DNA from: Octopus sinensis | Taxonomy: Eukaryota | Direction of reading: 5' to 3' | DNA: 64,000 nucleotides | NCBI RefSeq assembly: GCF_006345805.1 | Contig: NC_043010.1 | Location: 52,204,001-52,268,000, forward strand | Notes under the pieces: generated by a model | Database searches by the model: none | The model's input: the letters and a program-made list of their open reading frames with translations, nothing else | What the model was told of the DNA's origin: nothing | Position numbers and translations under genes: made by a program | Shown: piece after piece, positions 36,198 to 44,961 of the stretch | Layout of the letters: each line of letters begins with the position of its first letter | Position numbering within the stretch: position 1 is the first letter of the stretch

Positions 36198-37833
36198 TGT
36201 TTGAATTAGTAAGGCTCTTATTTTCTTTTAATATTTAAGCAAAAAATTTATATTTACTTTCTTCCCATACTTTGTGGATTTCTCCAATTTAGGAAAAAAT
36301 CTGAGAGAAATCAACGCGAAAAGAATTGTGTATTAACGGATGAGAGTCATTCCCCTGAACCTACTGAATCACAAGAATTCCAACCAGCTAAGGACGGAAG
36401 TGCCAAAGCATCTGCTGGTACTACTCAGAGTACTGAACAGCAAGAGTTCCAGTCTTCTGATGACAGGAGGTGAGGCTATATGTCAGCTTTTGTAATTAAG
36501 TCACTACCCAGAAGCTTCTACATAGAGCTAGAATTGTTTCTTAGAAGGGAGTGAGAAAGAGTATCACATTCTGTGTCCGGTCTCTTTTTTAATGGTTACT
36601 TTCCCTTAACCTTGTTATGTCTGCCTGCCATTCTCTGTCTTTTTCTGATTCTGTCTCTGTCTATCTGTCTCTTCCTTCCTCCCAAGATCAGGGTGTCTAT
36701 CCAGGGATCAGTTGTGTTATTAATAATATATTTCTGCTCTACTTTTATATTTTCCACATTTTTTTTAATACAAGATATTGGTTGCCCAAAATAGTTTTCA
36801 AATGTTTAAGTTTAGTACACATTCTGTTTGGAACATTAAAGTTCCCAAATCCATCACAATTTTTTGTTCTTCATAGTGTTATCTTAGGGTCGAAGCTCTT
36901 TTGGTGTGTATTTTTTACTGTTAGGTATATGTTATCAGGAGTTTATTCTTGTTTTTGGTTTATGCAGTTGGATTGAACCCAAGACCATGTGGTTGTGAAA
37001 TGAACTTCTTAACCACATAGCCATACCATATCTTTGTTGATTTCTATTTTTCCTCCTACTTTCTAGTTCAGCACCTGTGTGTTTAGTTTGTATATGTAAC
37101 CATTTGAGCTTAGTGATGTCAAAATCATGATATTTGGTCAACTGCAAATGAGGAGGTGAACTTGTTTGCAACCATTGTGTGTGTGTGTGTGTGTGTGTGT
37201 GAGTCTGCCACATTTTCAATTTTTTCATCTTTTCATAGTTGTGCACATGTGATCTCCTCCCCTCATATACTTAATTTTCTGTTGAGCGATTTGTATAGAA
37301 AGACGGTACATCCATTACTTTTTTCTATGCTCTATGATTTGAAACTTACCATATTTTAAATAATAATAATAATAATAAAATTATTGTGAATAGTGCTCAG
37401 TTGCACTACAACTCATCAAGGCTGCATGTACAGTATATAGAATTATGTGCAAAAGTGAACAGTGTATGAGTCATGACATATATGTGTGCATGCGTATGGA
37501 GGGAGTAGATATCAGCTTTTGTGTTGGCAAATTTTAGGAACCATGGAGGTTTTAATTTTCTGGCAGAGAAATTAATGTATACTATGTAAGCATTTAAGCA
37601 TTGTCACTATCTTTCCAAATCCTTCTGTATTTCACGTGGAATTTTTGGTCTTCCAATGTCATCATGGTGTATAAGTTGACTTATATTTTCAGTCTGTAAA
37701 ATTTGTCTGAACAATTTTGACTGGTATACTTGAAAGTACAGAACATGTAGCCATACATAGTCATCATATTACTTCATCTTGTATCTCTCTCTCTCTCTAT
37801 ATATATATATATGTGTGTGTATAATATATATAT

Positions 37834-37876
<43 letters not shown>

Positions 37877-38702
37877 ATAAGAAAATGGAGGAGAATAGGT
37901 GGTTCATCAACTTTTAGACATTATATTATGTTAACTTATTTATTTATTTACTAAACTGATAATTACAATAATATACATACATGTAACATAGTATTCTTTA
38001 CATATATGTTTTAAGATATAAAACATAGTAATATATAAGGATACCAGTAATTATTATAAAAAACATGAATATAAATTGGGAAAATAACTTACAGCTGTTT
38101 CAGCCAATAGATAAAAATACCTCATTCTACCTTCATTACTCAAGTGGATTGAAATAATCGGTAGATGAACATGAGGTACTTGTATATGTTTCTAGGCTTC
38201 GTGAGAGATTATAAAGTACATAATGTTAAGTTATAATAAATATAAATATAAAATAAATGAAATACACACATTTGAATATTTATATATATAAATATAAATA
38301 TACATACGTATATAGATATACATAAATACTTATATATATACTGAAATATACATACATATCTACATCTATAAGCATATATAATATTCAGTTATTACTAATA
38401 TTATTAATATTAGATGCATTCTGTTATTCACAATAATATTTTTATTAACATTTAGCAGAAGCAACAGATTGACTCAAGGTGCGTTGGTACAAGTGCCAAT
38501 GTATAGAACTCTTGGCCCTTGAGTCATTCTGTTACTTGAGCTAAATATTAATAAAAATATACAAATTCCTGGCCGATGCACAGGGATTTTATATTTAAAT
38601 GGCGGTGCCCCAGCATGGCCACAGCTTGTGAGCTGAAACTAGATAAAATAAAATACTCAATTTTTGAGTTTTATTTTTGCTGTTTGCATCACCATATCTA
38701 TC

Positions 38703-38746
<44 letters not shown>

Positions 38747-39091
38747 ATGTGTGTGTAAATGGTAACTTCTTGTTCATCGAAGTTTGTTTTTTCCTCTTCA
38801 GATTTAAATATCTTTTTCCGAATAAAGTGAAAGAAGAAAAAGAAGACAAAAGTTGTGAGTATTTGCATCTTTTCTCATCTTCTTGTTACTCGCTATATTC
38901 ATTCTGTTAGTCTTTTATTTTAGAATGTTTAACATCTCCATCCAGGTATTGGAGGTGATCAGTGAAGCCCATTCTGTTGTAACTATTCAGACCCTTATCT
39001 GTGCCTGAGATTAAGATCTTCTTCTCCCTTTATCTTACTAATTATGAAAGCCCTGTATCAAGGTAGGGGAAGAGCCTGCCTCTCCTTTGAC

Positions 39092-39123
<32 letters not shown>

Positions 39124-39948
39124 ATATATACATACATACATACATACATATACGAGCGAGCAAAACGGCTGGTGCTGAGTTGTCAAACATTTAAACCAAA
39201 TTTTCTCAAAACAACTTGTCCGGCTGTCCCATAGGCAGAATCGTTAGCACGCTGCGCGAAATGCTTAGTGGTATTTCGTCTGCTGTCACGTTCTGAGTTC
39301 AAATTCCGCCGAGGTCAACTTTGCCTTTTGTCCTTTCGGGGTCGATAAATAAAATACCGGTTACGCACTGGGGTCGATGAAATCGACTTAATCCCTTTGT
39401 CTGTCCTGTTTGTCCCCTCTATGTTTAGCCCCTTGTGGGCAATAAAGAAATTATTATTATTATTATTATTATTATTTTATTTTTCAGTTGAAACCAATGT
39501 AGATGAGTGCCACAACAACAACGGCAGTATGAATAGTCAGCTTCACCACGGGGTGCACCGGTCGGTATTCATGTCTGCCCTTGCGCCAAACCCTTCCAAA
39601 GATCTTCCATTGTGTTGGGAGCAGCACTCCAAGCTGTTGCCTGGCGTCGACAAAATCCGAGGTGACCATGTGGCTGAGTGGAAGGTCGATGATGTTGCCA
39701 ATTTTATCAAAACTCTTCCTGGCTGTATTGACCTGTCCAAAATATTCAGGGATGAAGTGAGTTCCTCGTCTTGAATCCTTTTTTTCTTTCTCTGACAGCC
39801 TTCCTCTACTTTTCTCTCTCAACCCTCCCCCTCTCTCTGTTTCTCTTTCTTTCACTTTCAACTTTGACTTTATTCTTTCTACTTTATTTTCTCTTTCTGT
39901 TTCCATGACTTTAAAATGTTCTTTGTTTTTTTTATTTCTCCCTTTTTG

Positions 39949-39981
<33 letters not shown>

Positions 39982-40267
39982 TCCTTTGTCTTTTTCTCTC
40001 TTTCTGTCTAATTCTCTTTGTCTCTCTGTCTCTCTCTCTCTTGCTTTGTCTCTGTCTCTTTTTCTCTCTTTCTGTCTAATTCTCTTTGTCTCTCTCTCTC
40101 CCACTTCTGTGTTATGTGTCTCTCACTCCCTTTCATTCCATGTCTGTCTCTTGTTTTACTCATCCCTCATCTCTGTTTATATGTATCACCCTTTTTCTCT
40201 TATATACTTTCTCTCTCTTCCTCTTTGTTGCTGTCTTCATCTCTTTTTTAACCCTCCTTTTGCATGT

Positions 40268-40300
<33 letters not shown>

Positions 40301-40584
40301 TTCTCTCCCCCTTTGCTTATTCTGTCCATCTTTATTTCACTCCTTATCTCATTTCCCCATCCCTCTATATCTCTTTCCATTTCATTTCCCTCACTTCCCC
40401 ACATACTTCCACTCACTCACCGAACCTCTCATTCTTTTTTCTATCCTTGCAGCACATTGATGGTGAAGCTTTTCTCATGCTTAACCAGACTGACATTGTG
40501 AAGATCTTAAACTGCAAATTGGGACCGGCACTGAAGATCTTCAACAGTATCCTGATGTTTAAAAGTACTGCTGATGTTGATTGA
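1119..40584 (+). CDS. L3MBTL: l(3)mbt / L3MBTL1/3/4-family Polycomb-group methyl-lysine reader (3xMBT, 2xCCHHC zinc finger, SAM). 15 exons in window, start codon upstream. join(1119-1179,2038-2240,4013-4098,5612-5846,6966-7060,8692-8920,10255-10340,12252-12477,13554-13656,15191-15346,23856-24062,36293-36469,38802-38854,39488-39756,40453-40584)
   Basis: All 14 introns are GT-AG with matching phases. Exons sum to 2318 nt = 2 + 772 codons including TGA, with no internal stop. Family motifs: MKLEAVD..HFDGW..YDYW (MBT), CPTPGC.G.GH (CCHHC), [12 protein letters not shown] and [23 protein letters not shown] (L3MBTL SAM). The vertebrate paralogue cannot be assigned by eye. Confidence 0.95.
2038..2240 (+). 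CDS. L3MBTL: Exon, basic linker: [22 protein letters not shown]...[12 protein letters not shown] (possible NLS RKKKRK)
   Basis: Long T-tract plus ttaacAG acceptor and GTATGT donor at 2241. Phase 2 to 1; matches ORF 1943-2251. Confidence 0.85.
2484..2878 (-). mobile_element. SINE family A1 head+body+body form, abutting a + strand family A fragment (about 2363-2483)
   Basis: Reverse complement of the 14900 consensus twice, with the same junction as at 59278. Confidence 0.85.
4013..4098 (+). CDS. L3MBTL: Exon, MBT1 N-terminal arm: (A)[28 protein letters not shown]
   Basis: Acceptor tttttAG and donor GTAAGC at 4099. Carries the F.W..YL..A.GAP..LF MBT arm motif. Phase 1 to 0. Confidence 0.93.
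4202..4422 (+). mobile_element. piggyBac-type MITE family G (about 220 bp), nested in a family H copy; other copies at 7141-7361(-), 13792-14010(+), 19256-19473(+), 20585-20991(+, composite)
   Basis: TTAA on both sides; TIR CCCTTT(C/T)GTTACC / GGTAACGAAAGGG. Confidence 0.85.
5224..5427 (-). mobile_element. 5'-truncated SINE A1 nested in a SINE B remnant
   Basis: 12-bp TSD AACTGTAGTATA at 5212 and 5428. Confidence 0.85.
5612..5846 (+). CDS. L3MBTL: Exon, MBT1 core: [78 protein letters not shown]
   Basis: Acceptor ttccAG and donor GTTTGT at 5847. Canonical MBT core. Phase 0 to 1. Confidence 0.96.
6966..7060 (+). CDS. L3MBTL: Exon, MBT2 arm: (G)[31 protein letters not shown]
   Basis: Acceptor tttcAG and donor GTAAGT at 7061. 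F.W..YL...AAP..LF motif. Phase 1 to 0. Not in the ORF track. Confidence 0.94.
8692..8920 (+). CDS. L3MBTL: Exon, MBT2 core (methyl-lysine pocket): [76 protein letters not shown]
   Basis: Acceptor ttccAG and donor GTAAGT at 8921. Asp (AVD) and Phe/Trp/Tyr (HFDGWEDAY) cage positions are present. Phase 0 to 1. Confidence 0.96.
10255..10340 (+). CDS. L3MBTL: Exon, MBT3 arm: (D)[28 protein letters not shown]
   Basis: Acceptor ttttccAG and donor GTAAGT at 10341. Phase 1 to 0. Confidence 0.95.
11260..11475 (+). mobile_element. piggyBac-type MITE family H; other copies at 47496-47716, about 31800-32200 (tandem, degenerate), about 58360-58530
   Basis: TTAA|CCCTTTA...AAGGG|TTAA ends and a shared internal sequence (cctctcacacctaccctacaatgtcattctaaaaataaacaatcac). 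Confidence 0.85.
11705..12095 (-). mobile_element. SINE family B (tRNA-like head, internal (TG)n, (GTAAAAGA)n tail); other copies at about 14040-14600(+), 22620-23125(+), 27232-27600(+), 33590-34040(-), 46975-47296(-), 61404-61790(-)
   Basis: A-box TGGCTGTGTGGTTAAG and B-box GGGTTCAGTCCC. The body ...gcactgcctcggg..gaaactgaaagaagcc.. and tail ...catggccacagtcaaatgactgaaacaagtaaaagag recur many times. Confidence 0.85.
12252..12477 (+). CDS. L3MBTL: Exon, MBT3 core: [75 protein letters not shown]
   Basis: Acceptor atacAG and donor GTAAAT at 12478. Phase 0 to 1. Confidence 0.96.
12824..13094. mobile_element. hAT (Charlie-like) MITE inserted in a SINE head
   Basis: TIR GAGCGTTTCTCAAC / GTTGAGAAACACTG; perfect 8-bp TSD CCCTAACC at 12816 and 13095. 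Confidence 0.88.
13554..13656 (+). CDS. L3MBTL: Exon, CCHHC zinc finger 1 (N-terminal part): (G)[33 protein letters not shown]
   Basis: Acceptor gtttAG and donor GTAAGT at 13657. CPTPGC.G.GH motif. Phase 1 to 2. Confidence 0.94.
14900..15130 (+). mobile_element. tRNA-derived SINE, family A with tail A1, full length
   Basis: A-box-like TGGCAGAAACGTTAGC and B-box GAGTTCGAATTCC; tail ...ccccttgtgggtagtaaagaaata. 17-bp flanking direct repeat TATATATATACTGACTT at 14873 and 15135. Confidence 0.88.
15191..15346 (+). CDS. L3MBTL: Exon, end of ZnF1 plus linker: (S)[51 protein letters not shown]
   Basis: Acceptor (ct)n-ttcAG and donor GTGAGT at 15347. Supplies the last Cys of ZnF1. 156 nt, phase 2 to 2. 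Confidence 0.92.
15644..16043 (-). mobile_element. Young tRNA-derived SINE (family D) with poly(A) tail
   Basis: Intact A-box TGGCCCAGTGG and B-box GGTTTCGATTCCC; CpG-rich; A-tail at 15644-15657. 12-bp TSD GGTTTATGAAAT at 15632 and 16044. A truncated copy lies at about 52595-52730. Confidence 0.88.
17290..17726 (-). mobile_element. mariner (Tc1/mariner) transposase 5' remnant with one TIR
   Basis: [25 protein letters not shown]...QCFEWH, then after a frameshift [22 protein letters not shown], i.e. the mariner N-terminal HTH region. The end reads TA|CAAGGTGATATCAAATAGTTCCTGGAC on the minus strand. The second TIR was not found. Confidence 0.88.
17945..18090. mobile_element. Degenerate hAT-type MITE
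   Basis: Imperfect TIR CAGTTGTTCCCAAC / GTTGGGAACCAGTG; TSD only 5/8 matched. Confidence 0.6.
18284..18690 (+). mobile_element. Probable RTE-clade LINE 5' UTR fragment
   Basis: GC-rich island starting with the hairpin TTGTCTC-GG-GAGACAA. It resembles RTE/BovB-type 5' UTRs from memory only. Confidence 0.4.
20999..21197 (+). mobile_element. SINE family A with alternative tail A2; other copies at about 7850-8080(+), 8165-8340(-), 24545-24737(+), 48740-48945(+), 55190-55404(+)
   Basis: Same head and body as A1 up to GGGGTCGATGTAATYGACT, then tcccctcccctgaaattgctggccttgtgccaaaatttgaaacc. Confidence 0.8.
23856..24062 (+). CDS. L3MBTL: Exon, complete CCHHC zinc finger 2: (S)[68 protein letters not shown]
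   Basis: Acceptor tttcAG and donor GTATGC at 24063. 207 nt, phase 2 to 2. Confidence 0.92.
24200..26300. repeat. Ancient decayed tandem-repeat domain (AGCTGTRATGACCAGGTCATT-like units) interrupted by insertions
   Basis: The words agctgt/agctat, atgacc and ggtcatt recur densely at irregular spacing of roughly 25-55 nt. Confidence 0.6.
27938..28369 (+). mobile_element. Probable 3' end of a LINE with (AAT)n tail, inserted in a (TAA)n tract (R4/Dong-like targeting)
   Basis: A GC-richer 408-bp block bounded by (AAT)10 on the left and (AAT)8 on the right. There is no coding sequence, so the clade is an inference. Confidence 0.5.
32779..33300. mobile_element. Tc2/pogo-like MITE, 522 bp
   Basis: About 25-bp TIR CCATAAATCCTTGAGTATAATCCGC versus CCATAAATCCTTACGTATAGTCCGC. 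TA on both sides; subterminal TGCRTAYTATA repeats. Confidence 0.85.
36293..36469 (+). CDS. L3MBTL: Exon, low-complexity linker: (K)[58 protein letters not shown]
   Basis: Acceptor ctccaatttAG and donor GTGAGG at 36470. Open frame, 177 nt, phase 2 to 2. Unique sequence amid repeats; not in the ORF track. Confidence 0.75.
38802..38854 (+). CDS. L3MBTL: Small exon: (R)[17 protein letters not shown]
   Basis: Acceptor ttttttcctcttcAG and donor GTGAGT at 38855. It provides the phase 2 to 1 switch needed to reach the 39488 exon. Confidence 0.85.
39234..39450 (+). mobile_element. SINE family A1; a further A1 copy lies at about 53120-53287
   Basis: Near-identical to 14900-15130. It ends 37 nt upstream of the 39488 exon. 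Confidence 0.85.
39488..39756 (+). CDS. L3MBTL: Exon, pre-SAM motif and SAM N-half: (F)ETNVDECH...[67 protein letters not shown]
   Basis: Acceptor ttttcAG and donor GTGAGT at 39757. W..DDV..FI..L.GC SAM motif. Phase 1 to 0. Confidence 0.96.
40453..40584 (+). CDS. L3MBTL: Terminal coding exon, SAM C-half: [43 protein letters not shown]
   Basis: Acceptor ttgcAG; TGA at 40582-40584. IDGEAFL..LGPALKI SAM signature. Confidence 0.97.
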   Translation, partial: HIDGEAFLMLNQTDIVKILNCKLGPALKIFNSILMFKSTADVD

Positions 40585-41446
40585 ACTTTCACACCACATA
40601 ACATCACACTACACCTTTCAGGCACCACCTGATTTCTTCATAAGCATTCCGTTACCTCATCCCACGCAATCGTTACCCTCTCTTGCCCATTACATACTCA
40701 GCCACACTCATTACAACACACACACAGAGAAGCATACATGGTCATGCTTTCTCACACACAGGTACACATGTACACACTTTCTCTCTCTCACATGTACACA
40801 CTCTCCCTGGCTTGTTACTATCATAACCTATTGCCCTGCCCATGTTTACATATCTCCTGTAAACTGCAATAATGATGCAATAATACTGACTGTAAGATCA
40901 TCCACAATAACAATCCAATTGATAGTAAAACCCTTACAGCAGCCACACTACCGCCAGAGCCACAATAGTAACATCGTTAATGCCCAAACTCTATAAAACA
41001 TCCCGACCCCCCAGCCAGATTTCTCCACAACAGACTGCAAAGAATTCAAAACAAATCACTTCATAGCGTATCACAGACGGTATGCAGACCACATCCTGTA
41101 TCCACTGAACCAAATGCTGAAAATGCAAAACTTACCTGGACATGTGAGGGACGCGGCTTGTTTGTTTGTTTTGCTACTGCAGTAAGCTCCAATCTTGCAT
41201 CGATCATCACTGCCTCTACATGTTCAAACATCAAGACAGTCATCATTTAATCTCACTCTCTCTCTCTCTTTTTTTTTCTCTTCCTCTGAATTCTGTTACG
41301 ACACCATCCTGAGAACGTCATTCCCTCCTTAGCACTCAATCAAGACAAAGCCCCAACATTTACAGAACAGACAAAACAGCAGCACGGCATTGATACCCTC
41401 ATTAGCTACACCCGTTAAACACTATGGTGGGATGCATACCACCTGT

Positions 41447-42654
41447 AATAAAGTGTAAAAGTAGCAGCCGGTCGCCGGTCGTTAAATTTTAAATGAGTTC
41501 AGTTGAATTTGCCTGCTTTTGCTGTGGCTAACCTCAAAGACATATGGGCACAGACTGGACAATGGAGAAGAATGCAGAATGCACTTTGTACTGCATACGA
41601 CGGAACTTTTGTGTGCTAAAGTGCGCAGTGTGGGTCCTCAGGCAGGCATTATCACATGGTGTATCAACAGCACTGGAACAGTGAGTTGTACCTAGTCAGT
41701 TCATCTATTATTACCCAGGTGTCATGGTCAGTTTCGTCACAGCTACACACAACAACAACAACAGCAACAGAGCTAATTAAGGAGTCTGTATGTGGTTGTA
41801 CGACCTGCTATAAACAGTAGCCGAACCCACCCCTCATTTCACAGCTTGTCATCTTTGAAAAATGGCAGGATACATTGGATAATGTTGTTTTGGATTACAT
41901 TGTGTTTGAAGGTGGGGAACCAAAATAAAAAAAATTAAAAAACGGAACGAGAGGATCACAGCTGGATTACTTTTGATCTAAGGTCTGCTGGATTAAAGGC
42001 TGACCTGGAATTAAACAACAATAATACAAGATCATCACTAACAGCAATAGCAAGATTATTAGCAACTGCAGCTTTGAGAAGACCATTGTTCATTGTTTTT
42101 CTTAGAATCTACTTTTCCTTGCTGACATGGGTAGGATGGAATTTGCTTTGATGAATTTTCTATGGCTGGACACCCTTTTCTCTCACCAGTCTTCATGTGT
42201 TTCCAAGTAAAGTAATATATCCCAATGACGAGATATCTCGGAAGATTGGAAACAAAGGACATGCTTGTGTAATGGTAAACACATGCTAACAGTTATCACA
42301 CATTGACATGGCAAGGAAACAGTAATACACACACAAAACTACACATGCACACACACACAAACTACACATGCACACACAAAATTACACATGCAGACATACA
42401 CAAAACTACACACACACAACTACACAAGTATACATACATATATTTATATGCATATATATGACAGGCTTCTTTCAGTTTCTCTCTACCAAATCCATTCGCA
42501 AGGCTTTGGTTAGCCTGGAGCTATAATAGAAGAAACTTGTCCAAGGTGCCGTGCAGTAGGACTGAACCCAAAACTATGTGGTTGGGGAGCAAACTTCCTA
42601 CCACATGGCCACCCAATGTTACATCACAGTATTACAATAATTTAATATAATAAA
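41447..42654 (+). terminator. Candidate polyadenylation signals: AATAAA at 41447, 41924 and 42649
   Basis: Hexamers lie downstream of the stop codon. Sequence alone cannot show which, if any, is used. Confidence 0.3.
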
Positions 42655-42934
42655 AGCAATCCAGGACAGTATTGCATCATGAGGAGTGCAGCAATGCAAC
42701 GTCAAGAGTACTGAAATGCAACACTAGGAGCACTGCATTGTAGCACCAGGAGTGCAGCAATGCAGTAACGAAAGTGCATAATTGTAATATCAGTAACACT
42801 GCAATGCTGGGAGTGCCTCCCATAACAGGGTGTACGATACTATGACCACAATGTCTGTAATAATATTGCACCATCACAATTATAGCCACAACAGTAGCTG
42901 CAACACTATGCCATTCTTACAACAACCACTACCC

Positions 42935-43604
42935 CAGTAACAATGCTTTACTGCTGCCATAGCAACGATGCTCTGCTGCTGCCATAGCAACAGTGCTCTG
43001 CCGCTGCTATAGCAACAATGCTCTGCTGCTGCCATAGTAACAAAGATATGTTGCTGCCATAGCAACAGTACTCTGCGCTCTGCTGCTGCCATAGCAACAA
43101 TGCTCTGCTGCTGCCATAGCAACAGTGCTCTGCTGCTGCCATAGCAACAATGACCTACTGCTGCCATAGCAACAATGCTCTGTTGCTGCCATAGCAACAG
43201 TGCTCTGCTGCTGCCATAGCAACAATGCTCTGCTGGTGCCATAGCAACAATGCTCTGCTGGTGCCATAGCAACAATGCTCTGCTGGTGCCATAGCAACAA
43301 TGCTCTGCAGCTGCCATAGCAACAAAGCTCTACAGCTGCCATAGCAACAATACTCTGTTGCTGCCATAGCAACAATACTCTGTTGCTGCCATAGCAACAA
43401 TGCTCTGTTGCTGCCATAGCAACAATGCTATGTTGCTGCCATAGCAACAATACTCTGTTGCTGCCATAGCAACAATGCTCTGTTGCTGCCATAGCAACAA
43501 TGCTCCGTTGCTGCCATAGCAACAATGCTCTGCTGCAGCCATAGCAACAATGCTCTGCAGTTGCCATAGCAACAATGCTCTACTGCTGCCATAGCAACAA
43601 TGCT
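42935..43604. repeat. 25-bp minisatellite, consensus TGCTGCTGCCATAGCAACAATGCTC, 26 copies plus a degenerate lead-in
   Basis: ATAGYAAC recurs every 25 nt from 42959 to 43591, with one 32-nt step between 43059 and 43091. Confidence 0.97.
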
Positions 43605-44772
43605 ACATTACAACACAGATGTGAAGCAAACAAATCAGTGATCAGATTTTGGAATTTTGCCATTCCAGTTATTACAATCAAAAATGATTTTGATTATTAA
43701 AAAAAAACAAAACATTATCTTCATCATCATCACCATCATTGCCATCATCATTATCATCATCTTCATAATCACCACCACCACCATCATCATCATTATCATC
43801 ATCATCACAGTGCTTCACTTAACAATAGCAAAAACAACACCAGCATAATTTTTAACTGTCTGAAAGGAGACAAAATTAGAGTTAAAAGCATTTGGTGTTT
43901 TTTTTTTTGTGTGTGAAAATTGAATTTTGTATATTTGTGTAGATTGTGTGTGTGTGTGTGTGTGTGTTAATGTGTATGTATGTTTTAGTAAATCTATATA
44001 AATAATCTATATTTGAAAGTTTTGTATGTATTGTCTACACATAATTGCATATAAGTGTTAAAAGCAGCAAAAAAAATCCCCAAAAATTCTAAGCTAAAAT
44101 CTCTGTAAGTGTTTTATATGTGGCAGCAGTATTTTAAGTGTGTGTATGTGTGTGTTGCAAAATTCATCAGTGAGTAGTTTGTATTAACGAAGTTTCAGTT
44201 TCATTTTTAAATACATACATACACATTCATACTTGTATGTGTGAGTATGTATCTGGTTGTGTGAGTAGGCCATAATCAATTTAGAAGCTGGAGATGGTAA
44301 AGAAGATGGCTTAGTAGTCTTAGTTGGGAGGGAGTTAATATGTGTGTGTTATGTGAGACAAACTCATAATTGCTCATATTCTTTCTATTACAAACAAAAT
44401 ACAGCAAAACCAATAAGTAAGAGAAGCAATTCTTTTCTTTTTTTTTTACCATTTATGAAATAAGCAAACCTCAAAGAAATCTGAACAGAAAAGAAATTTT
44501 AAAGATGAAGATACAAGCAACACTAATAAGAGAGATACAAATGAAAGTCAGGCTGGATATGAATTTAATTAAGAGGAAGGGAAATATAGGCACAAGAAAC
44601 TTAGATTTTGTTGAAAGAAAAAAAAAAGAAAAACAAACATTCTGAACTACTTATATTTTAGCAGAGGTAGGAGAGATAAAAGATGAGTATAGGGATGAGG
44701 AAGGAAAAAAAATCCAGTGAAAATTTTAACCCCGTATTTGTCTGTTGGAGTGACAAGGACCTGCTAGTCATC

Positions 44773-44961
44773 TTTAAGGACTAAAGTTTAAAGTTTAAGG
44801 ACTAAAGTTTAAAGTTTAAGGACTAAAGTTTGAAGTTTAAGGACTAAAGTTTGAAGTTTAAGGACTAAAGTTTGAAGTTTAAGGACTAAAGTTTGAAGTT
44901 TAAGGACTAAAGTTTGAAGTTTAAGGATTAAAGTTTGAAGTGTAAGGACTAAAGTTTAAAG
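44773..44961. repeat. 21-bp minisatellite TTTAAGGACTAAAGTTT(A/G)AAG x9
   Basis: Nine head-to-tail copies counted directly. Confidence 0.97.

Noticed and set aside
39484-40501. 206-aa Arg/Glu-rich minus ORF and 198-aa Leu/Ser-rich plus ORF
   Set aside because: These are translations of the (CT)n-rich last intron and antisense of real exons.
42880-43575. Long minus-strand ORFs encoding MAAAEHCCYGSSRALLLWQQQSIVA repeats
   Set aside because: The minus-strand 25-nt unit has no stop codon, so all frames stay open and give the same peptide. The 7-nt insertion shifts frame freely and there are no splice or promoter cues.
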